A stretch of DNA of 64,000 nt from contig KV454012.1 in NCBI GenBank assembly GCA_001661245.1, forward strand, positions 1,260,848 through 1,324,847, written 5' to 3'. Below are positions 33,701-43,452 of the stretch, piece after piece (positions within the stretch are counted from its first letter, which is position 1; each line of letters begins with the position of its first letter). The position numbers were made by a program, and so were the translations under genes. Under the pieces are notes generated by a model. It worked only from the letters and a program-made list of their open reading frames with translations, searched no databases and was not told where the DNA came from. The DNA is from Pachysolen tannophilus NRRL Y-2460. Taxonomy: Eukaryota.

Positions 33701-34388
33701 TTTCAAATTTTTCAATAAAACTTGTTTTACGTTTTTCAACTTTGTAAGCATCCAATAACACAGGATATTTTTCTTCATATTTAGCAAATTTTCTGATCTT
33801 TGCTCTAATCTCAGGGGGTAACGTATTTAAATTAATTCTGGAAACATTTGCATTATTATCTTGTAAAGACAGAGATTGTTCTGCAGGAGACAGCGGTCGT
33901 AATGACAGAGACAGAGACAGAGAAGAAGACCGCGGTAATGGAGACAGTGTGGGTGTTGGAGTCGAAGTTGGTGTCGATGCTGCGGTTGGTGATTCCGACA
34001 CAAGTTGATCTCCTTCTACCATAGGTTTATCACTAGGTTCATCACTACCTTCACCCAGATTATTATCATCCAGATTAGTACCATCCAGTGATGTTTCAAT
34101 AATTGGCTCATCTTCAGGCTGAGTCATATCATCTGGGTTTGGTGTCTTTGTATTTAAAACCGCAGCCTGTCTTTGCAAATCTCGTGTCGATATCGCCGAA
34201 GAGCCTCCATTGGCGCTGTTATCAGTTCCAGCAAAATTAGAGTTCTTAGCCATTCTCATCAACGAAGACGCCCTACTGGGTGAACCACTACTACCCGATC
34301 CATCACCGCTATTATTATTTGCTTCATCTAAAGTACGTTGAAGTTCACCACTAATATTTTTACCCAACTGTGATATTTTAGAAAACAT
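30768..34388 (-). CDS. IMH1: GRIP-domain golgin Imh1
   Basis: LPPEIRAKIRKFAKYEEKYP, long coiled coil, C-terminal GRIP AYVKNVLLGFLEHKEQRQQLLPVI. Confidence 0.93.
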   Translation of the reverse strand: MFSKISQLGKNISGELQRTLDEANNNSGDGSGSSGSPSRASSLMRMAKNSNFAGTDNSANGGSSAISTRDLQRQAAVLNTKTPNPDDMTQPEDEPIIETSLDGTNLDDNNLGEGSDEPSDKPMVEGDQLVSESPTAASTPTSTPTPTLSPLPRSSSLSLSLSLRPLSPAEQSLSLQDNNANVSRINLNTLPPEIRAKIRKFAKYEEKYPVLLDAYKVEKRKTSFIEKFEKILREHTPCSSIAEVDTLVEYLDSLNSKTQMLNVEMRRMAADASRSLKEKQVNDAKLKDLENKLNELNANVKTSQQQESNNNDNLVKDLENANAKLKTLEESSSSNEKELSNAKDTITKLHNEISSFNETKEIQASRIQELEKQNLKIDEFSEKINLLTKELEQNKSLNKESITKIDEITKLKDQLLTENVELKRQRDELSQKVSDTDKTASEKNAELNNKVQELESTLSSNVKLLDMFKEKVTKLNEDLNKSSATSNGPNTENKKKKNKKNKNNDSNAPLSTKSSSNNETDFDKLVELQSKYEKLLSVSDKNKDAQKELEEKQKLLITENESLKEFKTKYEALSKEFEDFKRGQPSKINAELRNKMEEIENLRDMLKNVGDELVQAKDQIKSLTAQSSSDAKNDISKEDQQKLDELRTELETIRVQHAEVLASYESSKFSLERSNQSLVDEKVKLTKELEDTKRELEKVGKLNGQLDKRIKSLSEEYEKRKQETESKDDKLTKLQVNIDGMNKELLKTYELKDQLSVKINKLQKELETVKESKSLLENKNKELSQFKSNDTSLKLEVANLKSTIEQKNKRITEYEAKSSFLEQERDKSNDKVVELKVNLGELNANYKTLLNDKNALLTRNEKLKADFHDLTVKFSKLEAENNRLIKNADEFKDKYNDLLNAKSSSTDQAYSLKRQCEELTMRARESEVRVDTLEEELQEARTMLQERTRETSTMRQFLVESEEKQSSRIKEITAKLNAITEEKEKIESDATNNLKRRQREVEDLRSKLSDLTDKISTIENEKLSAQLELKKLQNEKLKLESLRGDASSTHESSEIITKTMDGLREQLSKTEAKVKDLENLNSIYKKLVDDSSLKYEHLNKNFKALSLQFKQAKERSNSVVSSNSISPTSSSQTSPFKPRDSFSFSDHQANIHNSGDGEINTNMAYVKNVLLGFLEHKEQRQQLLPVIKTLLDLSNKDEERFLLSLK

Positions 34389-34663
34389 TCCAAACCCCTT
34401 ATTCTAATTTTAATTCCAAATACAACTCCCAGCTCAAAAACTGAAAAATTTCCACTTATACCCTATTTCGATGGGTTTTATCGTTACCGCTGTTGAATTC
34501 TCTATATTTCTATTGTATCTATAGATCATATATATATATATATTTATCATTTAAACTACAATTTCCTCATTTTGCCTTTTCACGTTCTCTTGGTTTTAAC
34601 ATTCCATTACACTACTTTTTTTCTTTCTTTCTTTGTAACTATACTTCAAACTATGGTGTATGA

Positions 34664-35917
34664 CTATATAAATTCGACTTCTGGGTGGTAATAGATTGGA
34701 CATCTCCAGTATGGTCTCTTTATGTCTTTCCAGACTGATTCCTTTTCTCCGTCTGTTTGATGCAATGTAGTTTTTGGAGCATTTATTTCTGTATAGTTCA
34801 CTTTTAGGCCATAATTGGTTAAGTCAAGTTCAACTATTTTTTTATAAACTTCATAAACCACTAGTCTATCAGCTCCTAATCCATTGAAAAAGGAAAAGAC
34901 ACCATTTGATTTTAGTAGGCCCACCACCAAGTCGAACAATTCTAACATGTCTTCGTAGTGTTCGCTGTAAGTGTCGAAATATATTCCGTCGAAAAAGATG
35001 CCACTTGACAAGAGTTCTGGTAAAGTATCTTGCCATCTTCCAGCTAAAATAGTCACGTTTGGTTTTTCAAACCATCCATCTTGTTTCATTTTTGCTAGCA
35101 CATCAGGGTGGGCCTCACAGATGTAATGTTTCGATGGGTTTTTTTTATTTATCATTGTATCTATGATACCCATTCCAAAGCCAATATTCAACACATTTGC
35201 AGAATCTTTTGAAGCATTCTTGAATAATGATTTACAACCAGCAGCCATCAATTGGTCTTCCCATTGCATCATCACACCATCACCTTTCCCCTCTGTTACC
35301 AATGCATCGTCCTTGTAGGCCAATTTTGTTTTCAAATAAACGGAAGGGGTATTCGATGGGTCTTCTTCAACTTCAATATTATCTACCTCTACCTCTTCTT
35401 CTTGTTCTTGTTCTTGCTCCTGCTCTTGCAGTTGTTCTTGTTCATCTTCAATAAATTCTATACTGGAGTCGGTGATCTTTCTTAATAACACTTCTGCTCG
35501 AACACCAGCATCAACAATTACATTCCAAAAACTAGTATGTGCCAAATTCCTTCTATTTAATACACAACCTGGTGTTTCGTCCTTATCATTGATCAAACAC
35601 CATCCTGCACCCCTTAAAAATAACTCTTCAATTAATTGAAGTATAACTTTTTCTTCATCTTTAGAATAATCAACCGGAATATTCTCACAAATCAAATGTA
35701 ATGGTGTAGTATTACTTTCAACTTCTTGTACTTGTTCTGGAACTGGACTTGGACCTGGGCCTAGGCCTGAACTTTTCCCTGCATTATACCTTTCTGCCTC
35801 TTCTAAAGTATAAGTAGATGGGATACCCGCTTTCAACAAACTTTTAAATGGAACAAGATATTCGTCTTCGGTAATCGGACGAGTCTTAAAATAACAAAGT
35901 TCATGTAACTCAGACAT
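34664..35917 (-). CDS. RMT2: Type IV protein arginine methyltransferase Rmt2
   Basis: MSELHELC, TTPLH, GVMMQWE, LNIGFGMGIID, EAHPDV, FDGIYFDT, FNGLGAD, YYHP. Confidence 0.93.
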   Translation of the reverse strand: MSELHELCYFKTRPITEDEYLVPFKSLLKAGIPSTYTLEEAERYNAGKSSGLGPGPSPVPEQVQEVESNTTPLHLICENIPVDYSKDEEKVILQLIEELFLRGAGWCLINDKDETPGCVLNRRNLAHTSFWNVIVDAGVRAEVLLRKITDSSIEFIEDEQEQLQEQEQEQEQEEEVEVDNIEVEEDPSNTPSVYLKTKLAYKDDALVTEGKGDGVMMQWEDQLMAAGCKSLFKNASKDSANVLNIGFGMGIIDTMINKKNPSKHYICEAHPDVLAKMKQDGWFEKPNVTILAGRWQDTLPELLSSGIFFDGIYFDTYSEHYEDMLELFDLVVGLLKSNGVFSFFNGLGADRLVVYEVYKKIVELDLTNYGLKVNYTEINAPKTTLHQTDGEKESVWKDIKRPYWRCPIYYHPEVEFI

Positions 35918-36020
35918 ACTCTATTCTTTACTAAAAGAAATTTTTAATAATTTTTCAAACCTAATATTAAACAATAATACCTCTAATTAAATCAATAATA
36001 CCGTTATGAAAATTCCATTT

Positions 36021-36031
36021 AAAATTTTTCA
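36021..36031. promoter_or_regulatory. RRPE-like element upstream of RMT2
   Basis: AAAATTTTTCA. Confidence 0.4.
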
Positions 36032-36616
36032 CTGTTCTATAAAGGTACTTAATATTTTTTCCGGTATTAATGTCGCACTTGCAGGTAAAGTTGAAAAGAT
36101 GGAATAATGCGGATTACGGATTAAATAGATCAAGCAAGAAAAAGCTTGAAGTAGCTATTTATTCCACTTTTGAAAAAGGCCTTTGCTAAGTGGAATTAAC
36201 TGGTAACTAACGGTATCATGTGGTTCTGCTCTCGTGTCTTGTTTTGCTTCAAGGTTATTTTTTTTTGTTTTTCTTTTTTTTTAAAGTAGAAGTAGAAAAG
36301 GAAGAAGCAATCCGATGCAGGATTTATATAGCCAAAAAGCTGAAGAACGTAATCTCCGAAAACTCTGATAAATTGAAAGAAAGATAGAATTGCATTTTCG
36401 TTTTTTAAACCAGTTGTCTTTTTTTCAATTTCTATACAGTTTTTTTTTTTTTTTTTTGCATTTTTTTTAATTTTATTTTATATTTTTCTTTATTGTTTAT
36501 TTTAATTTTCTTTTAATTTTAAAATTCTTTCTTTTTTATAAATTTCTATTCTTCATTTTCTCTTTCTCATTGAGGATAGGTAGGTCTTTTTATTATATAT
36601 AAGAAAAAAGTCCAAT

Positions 36617-38854
36617 ATGTCCTTTAGGAATAGTTTAATTGGAAGTAGGAATTTTTCCAAGATTCTCTTGAACAATCGCGATGGGTTGATGAGACCCACG
36701 TTTAATCAACTAGGTTCAAGGCAATTGTTGAATATGTCTCCTACTCGAAGCATTGGTTCTATGAGATATATAATTAATCAGAAAAACAATTTTTCTTACT
36801 TCAACAAGTCTAGTCAAAATTGTTTTTTTTCTACTTCGATGCTGTTAAGAAATGAACTTAATAAGCCATCATCGCTGAATTCAGATTCAAATAAAGTCAC
36901 ACCATCATCTAATGCTACTTTGAACAATGCTGGTGAGAAAATTGTATATGCTGAAGCTTATTCTTTTTTCAAACATAATTTTTTCGGTAGAGTTGTTCTG
37001 AATCTTTGTATTGCAGTTGGTGTTGTTGGTACTTCGGTTGCAGGATTAATTTTAGTTTTTTTCTTGTATGATTATTCAACATATGGATCAGGTAAGTATT
37101 GGGAAGATGATACTAAATTAAGTGTTCCGGAACTTGCTTTATCACCTGAAAGAGGTGGTCCAGAAAATTTACCAATTTTAAGAGCTCAATTGGATTCATT
37201 TGATTCACCTTCAAAGGCAAATTCTCGTCATAAACCAAAATTGGTTATTTTAGGTTCTGGATGGGGAAGTGTTAGTTTACTTAAACAGTTGAACAGTTCT
37301 GATTATGATGTTACAGTTATTTCACCAACAAATTATTTCTTATTTACTCCAATGTTACCTTCAGCTGCTGTAGGTACTTTAGAAATTAAATCAATTTGTG
37401 AATCTATTAGATCTATCTTAAGTTATATCGGTGGTCATTACTTAAGAGCATCAGCTGAAAAGATTTTGTTTAGTGAAAAACTTATTAAAGTATCTTCAAC
37501 AGATCCAGAAACAGGTGAAATTCAAAAATTTTATGTTCCTTATGATAAATTAGCAATTGCTGTAGGTTCAATTTCTAATACACATGGTGTTGATGGTATT
37601 CAATATTGTCATAAATTGAAAACAGCTGAAGATGCTTTAACTTTAAGAAAGAAAATTGTTGAAAATTTAGAACGTGCTTGTTTACCTACCACATCGGATG
37701 AAGAAAGGAAAAAATTGTTATCATTTGTTGTCTGTGGTGCAGGTCCAACAGGTACTGAAGTTGCTGCAGAGATTTCAGATTTGTTAAGTGAGGATATCAT
37801 TAGAGGTTTCCCTAAAATCTTAAGACAAGAAGTTTCCGTTCATATAATCCAATCAAGAAGTCATATTTTGAATACTTATGATAAGACTATTTCTGAATAT
37901 GCAATGGAACGTTTCCAAAAAGATTCCATTGATATTTTAACAAATTCAAGAGTTCAAAAGATTACAGCCGATGAAGTAATATTCAATCAATTAAACCCGG
38001 AGACAAAAGAAGTTGAACTTAAGCTGTTACCTTATGGTTTGTGTTTATGGTCAACTGGTGTTGGTCAGAATCCATTAGCACAAGATGTTGTTCATTCTTT
38101 AACTGGTGTCCAAAAAAATAGAAGGGCTATTGAGACTGATCCTCATTTGAGAGTCATTGGAGCTCCTTTGGGAGATGTATATGCTATTGGTGATTGTTCC
38201 ACTGTTCGTACAAATATTGCAGATCATACTACTGAATATATTAGGAAATTTGTTGTTGGTAGACATTTCCCTAAGCATAAGTTGGAAAAAAACATTATTA
38301 CAGATGATGATATTAAACATTTATTATTGACTTATGATGAATTAATAGATTTAAGTCTTCAGATTGCTCAAAAACATCCATTAGCTAAGGAAAATTTACA
38401 ATTAATGCATGAATTATTACCCAAATATGATAGTAATAAGACTGGTCGTTTAACTTTTGACCAAGTTAAACTGTTATTAGAAGAAGTTGATTCAAAAGTT
38501 ACTTCTTTACCAGCCACTGCTCAAAGAGCTCATCAACAGGGTAAATACTTGGGTAAAAAACTTTCAAAATTAGCTAGATCATATGATTCATTAACTTTAA
38601 ACGATATCTTAGATGGTGACATTGATGATGCAGTTGCCAAGCCTTTTAAGTACCGTCACTTGGGTTCTTTGGCATATATCGGTAATTCTGCTGCATTGGA
38701 CATATCTGGCCATTCATTTGTCGGAGGAGTCATTGCCATGTATTTGTGGAGAAGTATTTATTTTGCCCAATCTGTCAGTACAAGAACAAGAGTCTTGTTA
38801 TTCATGGATTGGTTGAATAGAGGTATCTTTGGAAGAGATATTATAACAGTTTAG
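36617..38854 (+). CDS. Mitochondrial type II NAD(P)H dehydrogenase with EF-hand insertion (N. crassa NDE-1 / plant NDB type)
   Basis: Presequence-like N-terminus, TM segment, LVILGSGWG, FLFTPMLPS, CGAGPTGTE, AIGDC, EF-hand-like DSNKTGRLTFDQ, LPATAQRAHQQG, LWRSIY. Confidence 0.92.
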   Translation: MSFRNSLIGSRNFSKILLNNRDGLMRPTFNQLGSRQLLNMSPTRSIGSMRYIINQKNNFSYFNKSSQNCFFSTSMLLRNELNKPSSLNSDSNKVTPSSNATLNNAGEKIVYAEAYSFFKHNFFGRVVLNLCIAVGVVGTSVAGLILVFFLYDYSTYGSGKYWEDDTKLSVPELALSPERGGPENLPILRAQLDSFDSPSKANSRHKPKLVILGSGWGSVSLLKQLNSSDYDVTVISPTNYFLFTPMLPSAAVGTLEIKSICESIRSILSYIGGHYLRASAEKILFSEKLIKVSSTDPETGEIQKFYVPYDKLAIAVGSISNTHGVDGIQYCHKLKTAEDALTLRKKIVENLERACLPTTSDEERKKLLSFVVCGAGPTGTEVAAEISDLLSEDIIRGFPKILRQEVSVHIIQSRSHILNTYDKTISEYAMERFQKDSIDILTNSRVQKITADEVIFNQLNPETKEVELKLLPYGLCLWSTGVGQNPLAQDVVHSLTGVQKNRRAIETDPHLRVIGAPLGDVYAIGDCSTVRTNIADHTTEYIRKFVVGRHFPKHKLEKNIITDDDIKHLLLTYDELIDLSLQIAQKHPLAKENLQLMHELLPKYDSNKTGRLTFDQVKLLLEEVDSKVTSLPATAQRAHQQGKYLGKKLSKLARSYDSLTLNDILDGDIDDAVAKPFKYRHLGSLAYIGNSAALDISGHSFVGGVIAMYLWRSIYFAQSVSTRTRVLLFMDWLNRGIFGRDIITV

Positions 38855-39917
38855 AAACAGAAAAAAAAAAAAGACAAAGAAGAAGAAAAAAAAAAAAATG
38901 AAAAGTTATTTTTAAAGATGTTTGCATTGAACTGATTTTGAGACTTAGTTAGATAACGAATAAAATTTTATAGATACTTTTGTAAAGAATGATAAATGAC
39001 GATATTCCAATGAAAGATAATAGATAATAATGTATGTTTTTAATTTTTTGAACAAAAAAAAGATTTAGTTTAATGCAAAAAAAAAAGTGTTTACTTCACT
39101 TCCTTCTTTAGCTCTTGACCTCTTTTGACCAATCACTTTACCAATCTCTTGAATGAAAGACAAAGCTTACCATCAGGGAGGCCATCTCATATATATATCA
39201 AATAAAAGGTTATGAACCTTGGTGTTATCTCCAGCTATGGCCATAAAGGCAGCTAGAAAGGCGTCCAAACGGCGCGCAGTACTGCGGGCCGAAACACTAG
39301 GCGGGAACCCCAAGTGGGATCCCCGCGGAATCACTAAGCCAAAGAAAAAGAAAAAGGGGGAAAGCCCCTTAAGTTTAGCCGGATTTTGCGGGCACGGCTG
39401 TTCCTCTAAGACAATAAGGGGCAGCGGCGGCTGTCACTCGGCTGAAGACAAAATTAATGCAATCAGCCTTGGGTTTCAAGAATTGGGAAGCATTAGGAAT
39501 GTGGGAAACATAGGTAGCAAAGTTCTTAATGAATCAAGTAAGTCTAGTAAATCTAGTGAATCTAGTGGGTTTAGTGAATCTAAAGTTCTGGTGCCAATTT
39601 TCTTTTTTTCTTTTGTGGTATTAACGTTTTTCGTTAAAGAGAGAGAAAGAGCTTATCGGTGAAAAAAAAAAGAAAATTTGAAAAAAAGATAAAATTTATG
39701 GGTTTATTTACCAAATTGAAATTATTGTCTTGAAAATCGATTTACTCCAATTTTAATCCTAGCTTATCTATTCAGCTATATATCTATATAAGTCAAGCAA
39801 TTATTGTTTTGTTGTCTTTTTTGAAAGTAATTTGAATTTTTGTTTTTAATTGATATAGAGAAGTAACCGATCAAAACCATTTCTAATTGTTCGAGTAATT
39901 TCATTTGTGAACTTAGT

Positions 39918-42070
39918 ATGAACTATCACCTTGTTATTCTTGTTCATGGGTAAGTTAATAAAAATAAATCAGGTTTTTTTTGTTTTTTTTTAGTTTTCCC
40001 AAAATCTGAAGAATATTTAGATTGTACTAACAGTAGAATGATTTTAGATTATGGGGTAATACTTCACATTTCGATTATATAAAATCTCAACTTGAAATTT
40101 TGTCCAAGACAAGTTCTGATCTTGCGAATGCTGGTGAAAAGTTAGTTATTTACAGAACAGGTTCAAATGAAGGTTATAAGACATATGATGGGATTGATAT
40201 TTGTGGGAAAAGAGTTGCATTAGAGATTGAAAATGAAATTAAGTTGTTGAACGATTTGGGTCATGATAATGATTCAAAAGTTACAAAAATTTCAGTACTT
40301 GGATATTCTTTAGGAGGTTTGATTTCAAGATATGCTATAGGAATTTTATTGAAAAAAGGTTATTTTGATGAGATTGAACCTATCAATTTTACATCTTTTT
40401 GTACACCTCATGTAGGTGTATTAACTCCAGGTAAAGGTGTTGCTGTTAAATTATTTAATTGGTTAGTTCCATTTTTATTGGCTAATAGTGGTAAACAAAT
40501 GTTTCTTAAAGATCAAGCATCTGTTATAAATACCAATTATGAATCTGAATCTGATGAAGAATCAGGTTCTTTATCTCATGATATGTCTCGCTCTTCGTCA
40601 ACTAGAACCACAACTACAACAATTGAAAAACAGCCTTTGTTATTATTAATGGCAAATCCTCAATCAATTTTTTATAAAGCATTAAAACGTTTTAAATACA
40701 AGAGTTTATATGCTAACGTTGTTAATGATAAGAGAACATGTTGGTGGACAGCAGGTATTTCAATGATTAATCCATTTGAAGTCTTGGATGTGAATCCTAA
40801 TATTAAAATTGATGATGATGGATGTATTACTTTTGAAAATGGTAATAAGTTTGAGTTACATTTTATTAAAAATTATGAATCTATAGTTATTGATGCTAAT
40901 AGCCCAATAAAGATAATTAGAAATGATTTATATTTAAATGGAAATTCTGATGTTAAGCCTAACTTTATTGGTTGTGATAAATTTTTAAAAAATGATACTA
41001 CTAATGAAAAGGGAGATGAAAATAATTGTCGAGGTACACCTACACCAGAAGAATATGCTGGAAATTTTTTCCAAAGGAAATTTAAATGGCTTCTTGTTGT
41101 ATTTAATATTCTGGTTTATGCACCAATGTGGGCTTCTTGGTTTATTTTAAACAATATTATTCAAAGATTTCAATCTGGTTGGAGAGTTTTAAAAGAATCA
41201 GATGCAGGAGGTTTATTAGAATTATATCAATTAAGTATTGATGAGCCAACACTGATTGAAGGTAATATGGGGAAATTATTGGAAAAAGATGAATTTGAAG
41301 AAAGAAATCATGATATTGAAGGAAAGGGGAAAGCTATGGATAATATTAATTTAGATAAAAGACCATTATTACCAAAGAGATTATCTAGAACTTATGAAGG
41401 AATTAATAAGAATTTTGAAGAAAACTTTTATGATCAAACTGAAGATTTAATGGAATCTTTTTGGGATGCAATGACTTCTAAAAAATTAGATGAACAAAAT
41501 TTATTATTTGAAGCTGGTAGTATTTCCAGTAAAGATCATATATATAAACAAGAAAATGAGAATAATGAAGAAGGAAATTATGGATTAAGATTACGTCATA
41601 TTAGTCCAAGTGAAGATTTTGAAAAAACAAATACATTGGAAAAAGGAACTGAAATTGGAACTGAAATTGGAACTGAAGATAAACATAAACATTCTATATT
41701 AGTTACCACGATCAATGAACTTTGTGATTTTGATTTTACCAATGGTAGATCAAATCATCAATCGACATCCACGACCACTACCACAACCACAACTGCGGAA
41801 TCATTACAAAACCCAAATTTAAATGTATCTAGTGAGAATAATCTGCTAGATGCATCAATTTTTTTAAAACAATTTGAATTACAACTTTCAAAAGAACAAA
41901 TTGAAATCGTACATAATTTAAACATTTTACAATGGAAAAAATTCCCAATATATATCAAAAAGACAAATTCAACACATGCTCTGTCAATTGTAAGACATAA
42001 CGATTTAAATTTTGTTGAAGGAGAAACCGTTGTTAAACATTGGTTATACCAAGTTTTCAAATTAAACTAA
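39918..42070 (+). CDS. DUF676 serine hydrolase/lipase (Rog1/Lpl1/YDR444W-like), exons 39918..39949 and 40048..42070
   Basis: Intron GTAAGT (39950) ... TACTAAC (40025) ... TAG (40047) restores MNYHLVILVHG|LWGN; TYDGID, GYSLGG nucleophile elbow, TPHVG, LYANVVND, C-terminal His motif. Confidence 0.9.
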
Positions 42071-43452
42071 AAATGAAGAAAAAAGGTAGGTACCACCAAC
42101 TTATATTACAAGCTGTCATGTCACTTTTTCGTGTCACTTTTGCGTGTCATAATCTTGTGTCACCTTGTCGTGTCACTTTTATTTTTTGGGTTTTTTTGGA
42201 TTTTTTTGGGTTTTTTTTTGGGTTTTGACGGCCAAAGGAGTTATCCGTCTGCAGCCAACCCGATATCTTTGCTGGCCGCTTTACTAGCAGCATTGCTGGC
42301 TCACATTGCTGGCCGCTTTCAATTCATTTTTAATTCTTTCTTTTTACTTGTATTTGATTGGACCTGCCCCCGGAAAAATTCCCATTTCCCGAAATCCAAA
42401 CTCATCGCCAAAAGAGAAGGTTTTTTTTTTAGTCTAGTCTAAAGAAACCCACTTTTAAGCTTATCATGATGACACATAATGATTTCTGCAACAATATTAA
42501 ATCCGGTAAATTTTTCTTTTAAGCAACAAAATACAATACAACAGAAATAACGGCATGGGAAAGTTATTTAAAAGAAAGTTACTGGAAAAGAAAAGTATAA
42601 CTTGAAGTTGAAATCACCTTTCTTTCTCTTTAATTTTAATCAACTACAATAACAAGTACAAGCAAAGTCCGGGGAATAAAAGAATTTTACAGCTAGAACT
42701 ATCTTTCTTTTTTTTTTTTTTTTACCTGATTCACTTCACTCACTACATTTTATTTTCAATTCTTTTATTCTTCGTTTTGTCGTATACATAATTTTTATCT
42801 ATGAGATTTATTTACCCTTTTTAATTTATTTTATTTTTCATTCATTCTTTATTTCTCTTTGATGAAAATTTTCCAATATCCAATTTCCAATACCTGTATT
42901 AATATTGTAAGTAAGAATACATACATACATATATATAAATATATATATATATATATCTATATATATATATTACTGTCTCTATAAAAGAACTTGTTTTTTT
43001 TCTTTCTAATTTAAAAAACTAGACTTGTTGATTGATTATCGTTGTTTGAGATTATATGTGCTAAAAAATATTTAATACCCTTGCTCTTTTTCCACCAAAA
43101 AATAATTTTTCAAATAATTCTCGAACCTTTTACCAATAACGTTGATAATAGCAAGTAAAATAGATAATTTTGAATCAAATGGATAAAATAATGGAAATAG
43201 GGGAAACACAAGGAATCACAATAAAACACAAGGAATCATAGATTTGAAATTTACCAAAAGAAAAAAAAAAAAATAAATATATATAGTAGTATTTTTTTTT
43301 ATTTATCTATGTTTAACGAGATACCGATAATTACATATACATAAATAATACTTGCAACCTTTTCTTATTTACACCAACAATTGATTACGGAAAATGCATA
43401 TGTATATAAGGAATATAGGTTAAAAAAAAAGAAATAAAGAGAGAGAACGAGA

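Noticed and set aside
39219..39662. 147-aa ORF, and RNase MRP/P-like GAAAGCCCC...GGGGC words
   Set aside because: The ORF starts with TTG, has no recognisable domain and is open mainly because the DNA is GC-rich. The putative P4 halves are only about 55 nt apart, too close for RNase MRP/P.
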